In this document: positions 1 to 10,829 of the stretch, piece after piece
How positions within the stretch are numbered: the stretch's first letter is position 1
Layout of the letters: the number at the start of each line of letters is the position of its first letter
From: an uncultured Clostridia bacterium
GTDB taxonomy: Bacteria > Bacillota > Clostridia > TANB77 > CAG-508
Length of the DNA: 64,000 nucleotides
NCBI GenBank assembly: GCA_947631335.1
Contig: CANRKZ010000001.1
Location: 3,255 to 67,254 of the forward strand
Direction: 5' to 3'
Notes under the pieces: model-generated
Database searches by the model: none
Seen by the model: only the letters and a program-made list of their open reading frames with translations
Told to the model about the DNA's origin: nothing
Program-made: the position numbers and the translations under genes

Positions 1-1
1 A

Positions 2-256
2 AAAAGGTATCGACAAATTGTTCAAAATATGATTTGGCAAATGAAGAATAGTCCTAGATGTCTAAATATCAATTTAAATTTTACAAATGAAATGATACCT
101 CATCATGAAGGTGCTGTATCTATGTGTGAAAATCTATTACAATATAATATTGATCCTAGATTAAAAAAAGTGGCAGAAAACATTATCAAAGAGCAAAGTG
201 AAGGAGTTGTACAATTAAAAGAAATTAGAAGAAATTTATGTGCACAAAATAGCTAA
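2..256 (+). CDS. DUF305 domain protein, C-terminal part; the 5' end lies outside the window
   Basis: Frame 2 is open from the window edge. The motif MIPHHEGAV is typical of DUF305 (copper-resistance-like) proteins. Confidence 0.55.
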   Translation, partial: KRYRQIVQNMIWQMKNSPRCLNINLNFTNEMIPHHEGAVSMCENLLQYNIDPRLKKVAENIIKEQSEGVVQLKEIRRNLCAQNS

Positions 257-319
257 TAAAATAATATTTAACCTACAATAAAATAAAAGAAAAACATAGA
301 TTTTTAAATAATTTTGTGT

Positions 320-690
320 TATAATAAAAAACAGAGTAAATTGAATAGTCGCTGGTAAATTCCGAAAGGAACTACGAGAGGAAAGTCCGGGCTCCATAGA
401 GCAAAGATGCTAGATAACGTCTAGTGAGGGTGACCTTAAGGAAAGTGCAACAGAAAATAACCGCCACATAATGTGGTAAGGATGAAAAGGCGAGGTAAGA
501 GCTCACCGCCCTTATGGTGACATAAGGGGCATGTGTAAACCCCATCTGGAGCAACACCTAAAAAAGAAGATTAAGCCTGCTCGGCGCCTTCTTAAATTGC
601 GTGGCTTGAGGCAATTAGCAATAATTGCCCTAGATAAATGACTATTTTAAAAGACAGAACCCGGCTTACAGATTTACTCTATTTATTTTT
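320..690 (+). ncRNA. rnpB: RNase P RNA, bacterial type A
   Basis: GAGGAAAGTCCGGGCTCCATAGAGCAAAG (5' strand of P4 and the conserved core) and ACAGAACCCGGCTTACAG (3' strand of P4). P1 pairing: acagagtaaat near 323 with atttactct near 676. Confidence 0.85.
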
Positions 691-1144
691 TTGCTAATTT
701 TTCGAAATCTTATTGTTCGGATTTTTTAGTTTTAGAAATTATTTATTCATAACATTTTTCTTCCTTTTCTTATCTTTAAGGATATTTTTTTTGATTTAAA
801 AGTCATAAGTTTTTTTCGAAATAATTTTAATTACTTTATTTTAAAGTTTATCGCAAATTTTTCTTTAAAAAATTTTGTATTTTTAATTATTTGCCATCAC
901 TGTTCAGATTAACAATGAAAATATAAACAAATAATGTTTAATAAAAATAAAATATTTGAAAAATTTACCAGTTAATTTATTCATATAGTAAAATTTTGTC
1001 TTTTAAGACAAATTATGGCAAAATGATATAAACCTTATAATAAAGCTAATGCAAGGATAATTTATTCGAAAACATATTTAAAAATAAGCTTATTTTTTAT
1101 ATTTTTAGTACAAAAATGAATCTAAAAATCACAAAATAGGCAAT

Positions 1145-1178
1145 TGACTTTTAAGGGGAATTATGTTATAAAAAAAGA
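1145..1178 (+). promoter_or_regulatory. sigma-A type promoter, TTGACT, 17 nt, TATAAA, upstream of the ChW protein gene
   Basis: caaTTGACTtttaaggggaattatgtTATAAAa, about 50 nt before the RBS/ATG at 1229. Confidence 0.4.
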
Positions 1179-1228
1179 AGAATTGTTGTTCTAAAAAAAT
1201 AAATCTAGAAAGGAAAGGAAGGAAAAAA

Positions 1229-3568
1229 ATGGGAAGAAAATTCTTTAAAAAAAGCACTTTAGCTATCGTTTTAATTTTAGCAATAGTTTTAGCATTTCTA
1301 CCAAAAACAGCAGTATTAGCTAATAGCGGTAATGAAAGCAATCCAACTATAGAATATCGTGCACATGTTCAAGATTATGGTTGGATGAATTCTATTAAAT
1401 CTGGAGCAAAAGATTCAGAACAACCAGAATTTTATGCAGGAACAACAGGACAAGCAAAAAGATTAGAAGCTCTAGATATTACAAATCAACTACCAGAAGG
1501 AGTTGAATTAAAAGCACGTGCACATGTTCAAGATATAGGATGGCAAGACTGGAAAATAGCAGGAAAAGGAGAACAACTACAAATAGGAACAATAGGACAA
1601 TGTAAAAGACTAGAAGCTCTTCAAATTGTTGTTACAGGCTTAGAAGGCTATGAAGTTAAATATCGTGCACATGTCCAAGATATAGGATGGCAAGACTGGG
1701 TAACAGCAAGCTCTGATTCAGATAGCAATACTTTAAATGTTTATGCAGGAACAACAGGACAAGCAAAAAGATTAGAAGCTTTTCAAATTGTACTTGTAGG
1801 GAATGAATTAACAAAAGCTAAACAAAAAGCTATTGATGAATTAAATGGATATTTAAATCCAGAAGAATATTCATACAATGCTGATACTTTAGAAAATGCT
1901 ATTACTGAAGGAGAAAATGCTATCAATGCAGCTACTACTTTAGAAGACGTTCAAACAGCTTTAGATAATGCTAAAGCACAATTAGATAGTATTCCAAGTG
2001 ATGCAAAAATTTTAGCAGAAGCTAAATCTAATGCAATTAATGAATGGCAAGAAGAATGGATTGAAAAAGCAAATAGTGGAACATTTGATTTTGAAGCATT
2101 AGAAGCCATGTTAAATAAATGGTGTGATACTATTAAAGAATCAGAAACAGTAGAAGCAGTAAAACAAGCATTATCAGATGCAAAAGCAGAATTAGCAACA
2201 GTTAAATCAGAAGAAGAAGAAAAAGCATTAAAAGAAGCTATTTCTAATACTCATAATACTTTTGTTCAAGAATTTATGGATAAAATGAATAATGGATCTT
2301 TCTCAGATGAAAGTATGGAAAAAGCTGAAGAAGTATTAAAAAAATGGATAAATGTAATAGATAATGCAGAAAGTATTGAAGCAACAGAACAAGCACATAA
2401 AGATGCAAAAGCAGAATTAGATGCTATCCAAGAAGATTTAGTACATAATGTAGAAGAACTAAAAAAAGCATTAGAGAATACAAAGTTAGAAACCATCTAT
2501 TTAGATAAAGGTATTTATGAATCAACTGATTTAACAGTTAATAGAAAAGTAACTATTGTTGGTGAAGAAAATGCAACAATAAAAGGTATGCTTACTATTA
2601 CAAGCTCTGATGTTACATTAATGAATGTTAATGTAACCAATGAAACAACAGCAGGTACTGCTCTTGATATAAAAGATAATGCAGATAATATTGTTATCAG
2701 TGGAGGTAAGTATTGGGATACAAATTCACAACTACAGGGACAAGGTGCTATTAGAATAGAAACTAATGCTGCAAATGTACAAATAAAAGATACTGATTTA
2801 AAAGGTGGAATTTATTTCAACAATTATACTGGAACAGCAGAAGCTTTAATGCAAAATATTACCAACAATAAAATTGCTTTAGAATCAACCAATAATGAAT
2901 TAGGAGCAATTATTATTAGAACAGATGCTGAAGATGTTGGAAACTTAGCATTAAGATTAAGTGAAAATAATACATTCACATTCCAAAATCAGGAAAATTA
3001 TGAAGTATTAATTCATCCAGTAGAAAAATGGGATGTAAGAGCTTATGTAAAAAATAATAAAACTCTTTCTTTTGAGGAGAATGAAAACGTAACTCTAGGA
3101 AAAGGAACTTATTATATTAACGAATTAAAAAATGGAACAACAATAAAAGGTAATGAAGAATCAATTGTAAAAAGTCAAGTTGTGATTGGAAACAATGTAA
3201 CAATTGATGGTGGTGTTTGGAAAATTGAAGGTAATAAACAAGGTGAAGGTGTTTTAAGAGTAATGGGTTCAGCTGATAAAATTACTATAAAAAATACCAC
3301 TTTATATGGAGGAATCTATTTAGATAATTACACTGGAACTGCAAGTGATTTAGTAAAAAATATTGTAAACAATACAATTTATTTAGAACCAAGCAGTAAT
3401 AATTTATCAGCAATTATTATTAGAACAGATGCAGAAGATGTCAGTGACTTAGCAAAAACTATCAGTGAAAATAATACATTTCATATTACAAATAACGAAA
3501 ATTACGAAGTATTAATTCACCCATCAGGAGAATGGACTGTAAAAGATTCTGTAAAGCCAACTGAATAA
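1229..3568 (+). CDS. secreted surface protein with three N-terminal ChW repeats and a C-terminal internally duplicated beta-helix-like region
   Basis: Signal peptide MGRKFFKKSTLAIVLILAIVLAF. Three copies of YRAHVQD[IY]GWQDW...GTTGQAKRLEA (ChW, PF07538-like). A C-terminal tandem duplication (GGIYFNNYTGTAEAL...YEVLIHP and GGIYLDNYTGTASDL...YEVLIHP). Confidence 0.7.
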   Translation: MGRKFFKKSTLAIVLILAIVLAFLPKTAVLANSGNESNPTIEYRAHVQDYGWMNSIKSGAKDSEQPEFYAGTTGQAKRLEALDITNQLPEGVELKARAHVQDIGWQDWKIAGKGEQLQIGTIGQCKRLEALQIVVTGLEGYEVKYRAHVQDIGWQDWVTASSDSDSNTLNVYAGTTGQAKRLEAFQIVLVGNELTKAKQKAIDELNGYLNPEEYSYNADTLENAITEGENAINAATTLEDVQTALDNAKAQLDSIPSDAKILAEAKSNAINEWQEEWIEKANSGTFDFEALEAMLNKWCDTIKESETVEAVKQALSDAKAELATVKSEEEEKALKEAISNTHNTFVQEFMDKMNNGSFSDESMEKAEEVLKKWINVIDNAESIEATEQAHKDAKAELDAIQEDLVHNVEELKKALENTKLETIYLDKGIYESTDLTVNRKVTIVGEENATIKGMLTITSSDVTLMNVNVTNETTAGTALDIKDNADNIVISGGKYWDTNSQLQGQGAIRIETNAANVQIKDTDLKGGIYFNNYTGTAEALMQNITNNKIALESTNNELGAIIIRTDAEDVGNLALRLSENNTFTFQNQENYEVLIHPVEKWDVRAYVKNNKTLSFEENENVTLGKGTYYINELKNGTTIKGNEESIVKSQVVIGNNVTIDGGVWKIEGNKQGEGVLRVMGSADKITIKNTTLYGGIYLDNYTGTASDLVKNIVNNTIYLEPSSNNLSAIIIRTDAEDVSDLAKTISENNTFHITNNENYEVLIHPSGEWTVKDSVKPTE

Positions 3569-3629
3569 AACACGTAAAAATCATGAATTTGATTTTGTTA
3601 AAAGTGATTTTAAAATTTTTAAGAATTAT

Positions 3630-3672
3630 CGATGTATTCAAAAATAAAATTGAGTACATCGATTTTTTTGTA
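3630..3672 (+). terminator. rho-independent terminator
   Basis: Inverted repeat atcgatgtattc...gagtacatcgat followed by a T run. Confidence 0.5.
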
Positions 3673-3842
3673 TTTTATTAAATAAAGGTTATCAATAGCA
3701 CTTATTTTTACATTAACATCCTTGAGTAATTTTATTGTAGGAGAATGTTTTGGAAACTGAGATTTTCAGAGTTCATTTATTTACATTTATTTTTCTAAAT
3801 GTTATAATCAAGAAAAATCTAATGAAAATAGGAGGTAAACAT

Positions 3843-4727
3843 ATGAAAAAAATCGATTTTATTGCAACAGATGGTGTAAATTTAAATGGTTTTTTACAAG
3901 AAGGAAGCAAAAAAACAAAAAAAGTTATCTTATCGGTGCATGGAATGAGTAGTAACTGTTTTAAAGAAAGAGAAATGGTAATTGCTTGTTATGCCAATCA
4001 AAAGGATATAGACTATTTTGGTTTTAATAATAGAGGAAGTGAGCTAGTTAAATATATTCAAAAAGATATTAATGGTAAGAAAGAAAAGATTTTAGGTGGA
4101 ACAAGTTATGAAAATGTGCTAGAAGGATATGAAGACATTGTAGGAGCTATTTTAAAATTAAAAGAATTAGGTTATCAAGAGATTTTTTTACAAGGGCATA
4201 GTTTAGGATGTACCAAAATCGTATACACATATCAAGAACTAAAAGAAGAAGGAGAAATAGATTTATTAGATTGTATTAAAGGAGTTATTTTATTATCTTT
4301 AGTAGATATTCCAAAAACACTAGAAGTTTATCTAGGAGAAAATTATAAAAGCTATTTAAAACTGGCAGAAGAAAAAGAAAAAGAAGGGAAAATGCTCGAT
4401 TTTATGCCAAAGGAAGCTTTTATCCATCCTATTAGCATTAAAACATTTCTAAGATATGCAAGAGACAATAAAGAAATTGACTTTGCAGGATATGGAAGAG
4501 ATTTTCAATTAAAAACTTTAAACAAGATTGACAAACCACTATTTATGCGATGGGGAAATGAAAAAGAAATGATTTTACAAAAAGCAGATGAATTGGTAGC
4601 AATCGTAAATAACATAATTGGGAATGAAAAAAAGAATATTGATTATATTGAAGGAGCTAATCATAGTTATGATGGGAAAGAAGAGATAGTTGCAAAACAA
4701 ATTATTGAATTCATTCAAGCACTGTAA
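3843..4727 (+). CDS. alpha/beta hydrolase fold protein (serine hydrolase)
   Basis: A GHSLG nucleophile elbow. The RBS aggaggtaaacatATG supports a start at 3843 rather than at the upstream ORF M. Confidence 0.6.
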   Translation: MKKIDFIATDGVNLNGFLQEGSKKTKKVILSVHGMSSNCFKEREMVIACYANQKDIDYFGFNNRGSELVKYIQKDINGKKEKILGGTSYENVLEGYEDIVGAILKLKELGYQEIFLQGHSLGCTKIVYTYQELKEEGEIDLLDCIKGVILLSLVDIPKTLEVYLGENYKSYLKLAEEKEKEGKMLDFMPKEAFIHPISIKTFLRYARDNKEIDFAGYGRDFQLKTLNKIDKPLFMRWGNEKEMILQKADELVAIVNNIIGNEKKNIDYIEGANHSYDGKEEIVAKQIIEFIQAL

Positions 4728-4864
4728 TATTTATTTAAAACAAGTAAAAAGAGAGAATTTAGTAAATAAGATCCTTGTTTTGAGAAAAAGTCTAGAAAAA
4801 TAGCTAGACTTTTTCTTATATTTTATGTATAATAGAAAAAAGTAAAATTTTGGAGGTTTTCATC

Positions 4865-6463
4865 ATGTATGAAAGAAGTGCTATTGTCTTAGAAAGATAT
4901 TTTGAAAAGCTTTTTGGATTTGATAAAGAAAATAATTTAAGAACAAATTATGAAAATTATAAAAAGCTTATCGAAGAATTAAAAAAATATCAAGGAATTG
5001 TAGAGGAAGAAGAAAAGATAATTAGAAAATTTGATGAAATAGCAACAGAAATTGAAGAAATTCAAAATGAACAAGCCAAAATACATGAATCAAATTTAGA
5101 ATTAGAAAATCAAAGAAATCGACTTTTTAACGATTTAGGAGAAAATCCAAATTTATTAGATAAGAAACTTCATAAAATAGAAGAAAGTGTCCAAAAAAAC
5201 AATAATGAACTAAGTCAATTACGAGAAAGATATGTAAAATCCCTTGTTATATTTATTGAAAGACAGAAGGAAAGAAATAGATATTCACGAATTAGAAGAA
5301 CAGCAGAATCAGATTATAGAAAGAACATAGAAAATGCTAACAAAGTGTTCGAAGAAATTTCTACAAAAGATATGCAAGAAGTAAAAAAGTTTATAAATCT
5401 AGATAAAGAAGAAAAGCAGAAAGAAATTACTGCAATTATGCTTAAAAATGGAAAGAATGAAAAAATACCATTTAATAACCAAGCAATTGAAAGAGTAGTT
5501 AAAATCAGAATGAATATTGCCCAAAAAGAAGCAGAATTATATATTAGTATTTATGATAAATCTAAAAAAACTTTAAATGAATTAGATTATGAAACAATAA
5601 AAATAAGCAGGATTGAAAAATTACTAAGAGATGTGAGTGTAAAACTAACTTTCTTAAATGTAATAAAAGAATATTTAGTTGGTTTTTTAGATAATGAAAG
5701 AATGACAGCTATTAATGGGGAAAAAGCACATGGAAAATTAATGGAAGAAGCAATTAAAAATTTTGACAGTGATATGAACCAAATTGCAAATTTATACGAA
5801 TTAATTATGAAAGAAACAACTGGAAAATCAACAAAAAAGGCTTATAAAGAATTATATAATAAAAACTATTTAAAAGATATCGAACAAAAAGAAAAGAATT
5901 TTGAAAAAGAAGTAACAAACATAAGAATTAATATGGGAACTGTTATTAACTCAAATTATTGGAGAATTGAGGGGATCAAAAATATATATAAGGTATTCCA
6001 AGAAGAAATTAGTGAAAAATTCAATAAAGATTTATCAGAATACAAAATAGAGCAAATTGAAGAGGAAACAGACTCACAAGAAAAAGATATAAAAGATCAA
6101 AAATATGAGAAAAATGACTACTACAAAAGGGAAGAAGATACTCAACAACATGAAAAAAACAAAGAAGAGCAAGATGACATCCAAGAAGAATATGAAGAGG
6201 AATATGAGGAAGAAAATAATTATGACAACGAAGTATATCGACAAGATAGCTATGCACAATACTACGAAGAAGATGACGAAGATGATATTTATATATTTAA
6301 ATACGAAGAAGATGAAGTAGATGAATACGATGATGATGAAGATGAAGATGTAATCATAGAAGATAAAATTGATAAAATTATTAGAAATAGCAGAAGAACC
6401 CCAAGTTATAGAAGAGAAGAAAATAAATCAAAAGGGTTATTAGGAAAGCTTTTCAAGAAATAA
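4865..6463 (+). CDS. hypothetical coiled-coil protein with an extremely acidic Tyr-rich tail and a basic C-terminus
   Basis: Long open frame with an RBS ggagg 8 nt upstream of the ATG at 4865. Lys/Glu-rich heptad-like composition. A DE/Y-rich stretch near 6100-6360, ending KGLLGKLFKK. Confidence 0.5.
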   Translation: MYERSAIVLERYFEKLFGFDKENNLRTNYENYKKLIEELKKYQGIVEEEEKIIRKFDEIATEIEEIQNEQAKIHESNLELENQRNRLFNDLGENPNLLDKKLHKIEESVQKNNNELSQLRERYVKSLVIFIERQKERNRYSRIRRTAESDYRKNIENANKVFEEISTKDMQEVKKFINLDKEEKQKEITAIMLKNGKNEKIPFNNQAIERVVKIRMNIAQKEAELYISIYDKSKKTLNELDYETIKISRIEKLLRDVSVKLTFLNVIKEYLVGFLDNERMTAINGEKAHGKLMEEAIKNFDSDMNQIANLYELIMKETTGKSTKKAYKELYNKNYLKDIEQKEKNFEKEVTNIRINMGTVINSNYWRIEGIKNIYKVFQEEISEKFNKDLSEYKIEQIEEETDSQEKDIKDQKYEKNDYYKREEDTQQHEKNKEEQDDIQEEYEEEYEEENNYDNEVYRQDSYAQYYEEDDEDDIYIFKYEEDEVDEYDDDEDEDVIIEDKIDKIIRNSRRTPSYRREENKSKGLLGKLFKK

Positions 6464-6520
6464 TTAACAAAGAGAAAATAGACAGATAGCTATAGAAAAT
6501 CTAATATCTTTTTATATTTA

Positions 6521-6552
6521 GAAGCGAGGGCAATAGCCTTCGCTTTTCATAA
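6521..6552 (+). terminator. rho-independent terminator
   Basis: gaagcgagggcaatagccttcgcttttcat hairpin followed by T-rich sequence. Confidence 0.5.
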
Positions 6553-6594
6553 AAAACAAAATTTTTGATAAAATAAATTATAGGAAGGTGAAAA

Positions 6595-7830
6595 ATGAAA
6601 GCATTAGAGATAGCTACCAAAATTGAAAAAGCAGGCGGAAGATTATATTTGGTAGGAGGAGCAGTGAGAGATAGTATTTTAGGTAAAAAAATAGCAGATG
6701 AAGACTTTTGTGTAACAGGACTTACTGCTTTCGAATTTCAGGAACTCTTTCCAAAAGCTTATAGTAAGGGGAAATTTTTTAAGGTATTTGAGATAGAGGG
6801 AAAAGAAATTGCTTTAGCAAGAAAAGAAAGAAAGACAGGAGCGGGGCATAAAAAATTTGAAATAGAAGCAGGAAAAGAAATTACAATAGAAGAGGATTTA
6901 AAAAGAAGAGATATTACAATTAATTCCATTGCACAAGATGTATTAACAGGAGAAATGATAGATCCATTTGGTGGAATAGAAGATATAAATCATAAAATGA
7001 TTCGAGCAACGAGTGAACATTTTGTAGAAGATCCTTTAAGAGTTTACCGAGTAGCAAGATTTAGTTCTGAACTTGAATTTAAAGTAGAAAAAGAAACAAT
7101 AAAAAGAATGAGAATGTTAAAAGAAGAATTGAAATATTTATCAAAGGAAAGAGTATTTGAAGAATTTAAAAAGGCGCTTACTACAAACAAACCGTCTTTA
7201 TTTTTTAATGTACTAAGAACAGCAGGAGTATTAGAAATTCATTTTAAACCAATTTTTGATTTAATTGGTGCTATACAACCAGAAGAATATCATCCAGAAG
7301 GCGATGCTTATAATCATACTATGATTTGTGTAGATAAATCTACCAGTATAACAGATAATTTAGAAATTAGATTTGCAACTTTAGTACATGATTTAGGAAA
7401 AGGAACAACTCCGAAAGAAGAATATCCACATCATTATGGACATGAGGAAAGAGGTGTTAAAATTGTTTCAGAATTAGCAAAGGATTTAAAGTTACCAAAG
7501 AGTTGGGAAAAATGCGGAAAAACAGCTTGCAAAGAGCATATGAGAGGTGGTATTTTCTATAAAATGAAACCTTCCAAAAAAGTTAAATTCGTAGAAAGAA
7601 TAGACAAAACCTATTTAGGACTGGAAGGACTTCAAATAGTAGTTAATTGTGATAAAGCAAATAATCATACAATCCAAAAAGAACAATATAATTTTGCAAG
7701 GATAGGAAAGAAATGCTTAGAAGAAGTGAATGCTAAAAAAGTAGCACAAAAGTATCATTTACAAGAAGGAATTGCATTGGGAAATAAATTACATGAAGAA
7801 AGAATTAAATGGATGGAAAATATAAAATAA
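6595..7830 (+). CDS. cca: CCA-adding tRNA nucleotidyltransferase with an HD domain
   Basis: N-terminal GGAVRD polymerase-beta nucleotidyltransferase motif. HD motif LVHDLGK in the central part. Confidence 0.8.
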   Translation: MKALEIATKIEKAGGRLYLVGGAVRDSILGKKIADEDFCVTGLTAFEFQELFPKAYSKGKFFKVFEIEGKEIALARKERKTGAGHKKFEIEAGKEITIEEDLKRRDITINSIAQDVLTGEMIDPFGGIEDINHKMIRATSEHFVEDPLRVYRVARFSSELEFKVEKETIKRMRMLKEELKYLSKERVFEEFKKALTTNKPSLFFNVLRTAGVLEIHFKPIFDLIGAIQPEEYHPEGDAYNHTMICVDKSTSITDNLEIRFATLVHDLGKGTTPKEEYPHHYGHEERGVKIVSELAKDLKLPKSWEKCGKTACKEHMRGGIFYKMKPSKKVKFVERIDKTYLGLEGLQIVVNCDKANNHTIQKEQYNFARIGKKCLEEVNAKKVAQKYHLQEGIALGNKLHEERIKWMENIK

Positions 7831-7930
7831 AAATTACGTTTTGATTACATTTTATAAAGAAGGATAAAAGAATTAAATATATTAAAATTAGATAAAGGCA
7901 AGAAATTAATTTATATCCTTGCCTTTATCT

Positions 7931-8446
7931 TTAACTTTTTAAAAATACTTTTTGTACATATAATTTATTAGCAAAAGATTGAACAACATTTCTAAGAAGA
8001 TATTGTTCTTGTGAAAGTCTATCATTATTGATATAACTTTTACCTGTAAAAGTCATTTTAATTGCTTTTTCAAGTTCAGAGCAAAAACGATTATAAGCTT
8101 GTTCAACCGAAGAAGTTTTAAGAGCTAAGGAAATAAGCTTTTTTATTTCTTCTATGCTATAAATCTGTTTTAAAATAAAGATAACGAACAAATAAGCAAT
8201 GTGTTCTTTATTGTATTTTTTATTAATAGGAGGGTTAATAACACTATGTTTTACATAGTTATTAATCATGGTTTTTGTTACAATTTTATCATCTTTATCA
8301 CTATCACTTTTAATATAATTGGACAAATAATTGTCTAGTAATGAAACAACTTGGTCAATATATAAATCAATATTTGGTATTTCATTCCATCTAAGAAGAT
8401 GAAAATTTTTAACTTCTTTTTCGCAATCCAATATTTTTTCTTCCAT
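7931..8446 (-). CDS. DUF1836 family protein
   Basis: 171 aa with a PNIDLYIDQVV-type motif characteristic of DUF1836. Confidence 0.5.
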   Translation of the reverse strand: MEEKILDCEKEVKNFHLLRWNEIPNIDLYIDQVVSLLDNYLSNYIKSDSDKDDKIVTKTMINNYVKHSVINPPINKKYNKEHIAYLFVIFILKQIYSIEEIKKLISLALKTSSVEQAYNRFCSELEKAIKMTFTGKSYINNDRLSQEQYLLRNVVQSFANKLYVQKVFLKS

Positions 8447-8560
8447 TAAATCACCTCATTATTTATTATCATACCAGTTTTAGAAGGATTAGTCAACTAG
8501 TTGACATGTTATTGAATATATGATAATCTAGTATTAAATACTAGATTAAGGAGAAAGAAT

Positions 8561-10279
8561 ATGGAAAAACAAAGATATTTTGAATCAACTAAATTTGAAA
8601 ATATAAAAGAACTTATCTATCATTCCGCAGAAGAATATGGAAATAATACTGCCTTTATTTTAAAAAAGAAAGAAGATAAAAAAATAGAATATAAAAATAT
8701 ATCTTATAAAAAATTATTAGAAGAAGTCAATTACTTAGGAACGAAATTATTCGATTTAGGATACCAAAATAAAAGAATAGCAATTGTAGGAAGAAATCGT
8801 TATGAATGGATATTAGCGCATTTAGCAAATTTACTAGGAGGAATTGTTTCTATTCCCCTAGATAAAGAAATGCAGGTAGAGGAATTGGAAAATTGCTTAC
8901 AGAGAAGTAAAGCAGATATGTTGATATTTGATGAAAAATATATTGCTAATATTGAAGAAATTAAAAAAAGAAATCAAACAAATGTAAAAGAATATATTTG
9001 TATGTCAAAAATGGAAAACTATTTTGATATTGAAACATTAAAAGAAGATGGAAAAAAATTATTAAAGGAAGGAAAAAAAGAATATATTGATGTAAAAATA
9101 GATTCCTATAAAATGAATATTTTATTATTTACTTCAGGAACAACATCAAAATCCAAAGCAGTAGCTTTATCACAAAACAATATAGCTTCCAATGTATATG
9201 CTATGCTATTGGTGGAGGACTTGCGTCCAACGGATGTTAACTTAGCTTTTTTACCGTTTCATCATGTGTTTGGCTCAACAGGTATGATTGTAATGCTAGC
9301 CAGCGGTTTAACAACAGCATTTCCAGACGGATTAAGATATGTAGCTCAAAATTTAAAAGAATATAAGGTATCTGTATTTGTGGGAGTACCTTTATTAGTT
9401 GAAGCTATTTATAAAAAAATAGAGCAAGGAATTGAAAAGAAAGGAAAGACCAAGCTATTTAATTTTGCAAAAAAATTAAGTAATTTTCTACTAATATTTC
9501 ATATAGATATTAGAAAAAAATTGTTTAAAGATGTTTTAAATGAATTAGGTGGGTATATGAGATTTGTTATATCAGGTGGAGCACCTTTAGACAAACGAGT
9601 AGCAAAGGGATTTACAGAATTAGGAATTCAAATTGTACAAGGATATGGATTAACAGAAACGGCACCGGTTATAGCAGCTGAAAATGTAAAAAAGGTAAAA
9701 TATGGTTCTATTGGATTTCCAATGGAAAATGTAGAAGTCGAATTTGAAAACAAAGACGAAAAAGGAATTGGAGAATTGAAAGTAAAAGGACCAAATGTAA
9801 TGCTTGGTTATTATGAAAATGAAGAAGCAACAAAAGAAGTTTTAAAAGATGAATGGTTTTATACAGGAGATCTTGGTTATCAAGATAAGGAAGGTTTTAT
9901 CTTTATTACAGGTAGAAAAAAAGATATGATTGTATTAAAAAATGGTAAAAAAGTATTTCCAGAAGAAATAGAAATTTTAATCAATCGATTAGAAGAAGTA
10001 GAAGAATGTATGGTATTTGGAATGCCAAATGATAAAGAAAAAAATGACGTCAAACTTTCTGTAAAAGTAGTATATAACAAAGAATATATACAAGAAAAAT
10101 ATCCTAACATAGAAAAAGAAGAATTACATAAAATCATATGGGAAAAAATCAAAGAAATAAATAAAACTTTTCCACCTTATAAATACATTAAAAATATGAT
10201 TTTAACAGATAAAGAATTAATTAAAACGACAACGAAAAAAATTAAAAGACATGAAGAAATAAAAACAATGAATTTATAA
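8561..10279 (+). CDS. AMP-dependent synthetase/ligase (long-chain fatty acid--CoA ligase-like)
   Basis: AMP-binding motifs LFTSGTTSKSKAV and GYGLTETAP. 572 aa. Confidence 0.8.
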   Translation: MEKQRYFESTKFENIKELIYHSAEEYGNNTAFILKKKEDKKIEYKNISYKKLLEEVNYLGTKLFDLGYQNKRIAIVGRNRYEWILAHLANLLGGIVSIPLDKEMQVEELENCLQRSKADMLIFDEKYIANIEEIKKRNQTNVKEYICMSKMENYFDIETLKEDGKKLLKEGKKEYIDVKIDSYKMNILLFTSGTTSKSKAVALSQNNIASNVYAMLLVEDLRPTDVNLAFLPFHHVFGSTGMIVMLASGLTTAFPDGLRYVAQNLKEYKVSVFVGVPLLVEAIYKKIEQGIEKKGKTKLFNFAKKLSNFLLIFHIDIRKKLFKDVLNELGGYMRFVISGGAPLDKRVAKGFTELGIQIVQGYGLTETAPVIAAENVKKVKYGSIGFPMENVEVEFENKDEKGIGELKVKGPNVMLGYYENEEATKEVLKDEWFYTGDLGYQDKEGFIFITGRKKDMIVLKNGKKVFPEEIEILINRLEEVEECMVFGMPNDKEKNDVKLSVKVVYNKEYIQEKYPNIEKEELHKIIWEKIKEINKTFPPYKYIKNMILTDKELIKTTTKKIKRHEEIKTMNL

Positions 10280-10312
10280 AAAGCCAAAAGGAAGTTTTCC
10301 TCTGGCTTTTTA
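10280..10312. terminator. bidirectional terminator hairpin
   Basis: aaagccaaaaggaagttttcctctggcttttt between convergent genes. Confidence 0.5.
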
Positions 10313-10696
10313 TATCTCTGTTATTTTTAAATTAAATTTATCTTCAAAAACTTTTTTCTTAGCAATGTATTCTTTGGTTCGGAATCCTTTGACATCAATA
10401 ACTTCTGTAGAATTATCTTTATGAAAAATGATAAAATCAGGCTTATATTTTAAACCAGGTGCTAACATAAAAATTGGCTGAAGACAAAAACCATTAATTT
10501 CTTTTGCTTGTAACTTTATTTTTAATTCACAATAATAATCTGCTTCTTTTTGACTATCAAAAGTATGACCATCAATAGAAACTTTATTGGCTCTATACTT
10601 ACTTTTTCGATTATGATTATTCGTGAAATTTTTATAATCTTCAATGCTCCAGTGTTCCATGTATTTATTTTCTCCTATGCTTGTTAAATCTTTCAA
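10310..10696 (-). CDS. DUF1064 domain protein (phage-associated family)
   Basis: FDSQKEADYYCEL...YKPDFIIF...VIDVKGFRTKEYIAKKKVFEDK matches the DUF1064 pattern. Confidence 0.55.
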   Translation of the reverse strand: MKDLTSIGENKYMEHWSIEDYKNFTNNHNRKSKYRANKVSIDGHTFDSQKEADYYCELKIKLQAKEINGFCLQPIFMLAPGLKYKPDFIIFHKDNSTEVIDVKGFRTKEYIAKKKVFEDKFNLKITEI

Positions 10697-10829
10697 ATAT
10701 TATATCGATAAAACAAATAAAGTGCAAGTAAAATGTAAAAAAATATTAAATAGGTCTGTAAACTAATTAAAAAAGTAGTATAATATGTAAGAACGATATT
10801 GATTATTAAAAATATAAAGGAGTATATAG

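Noticed and set aside
2266-2496. Short ORFs embedded in or antisense to large genes (for example 2266-2496, 6021-6320, 9880-10152, 33097-33516, 33707-34093, 35778-36149, 41332-41709, 56974-57180)
   Set aside because: They overlap well-supported genes, have low-complexity AT-rich-frame composition, and have no RBS.
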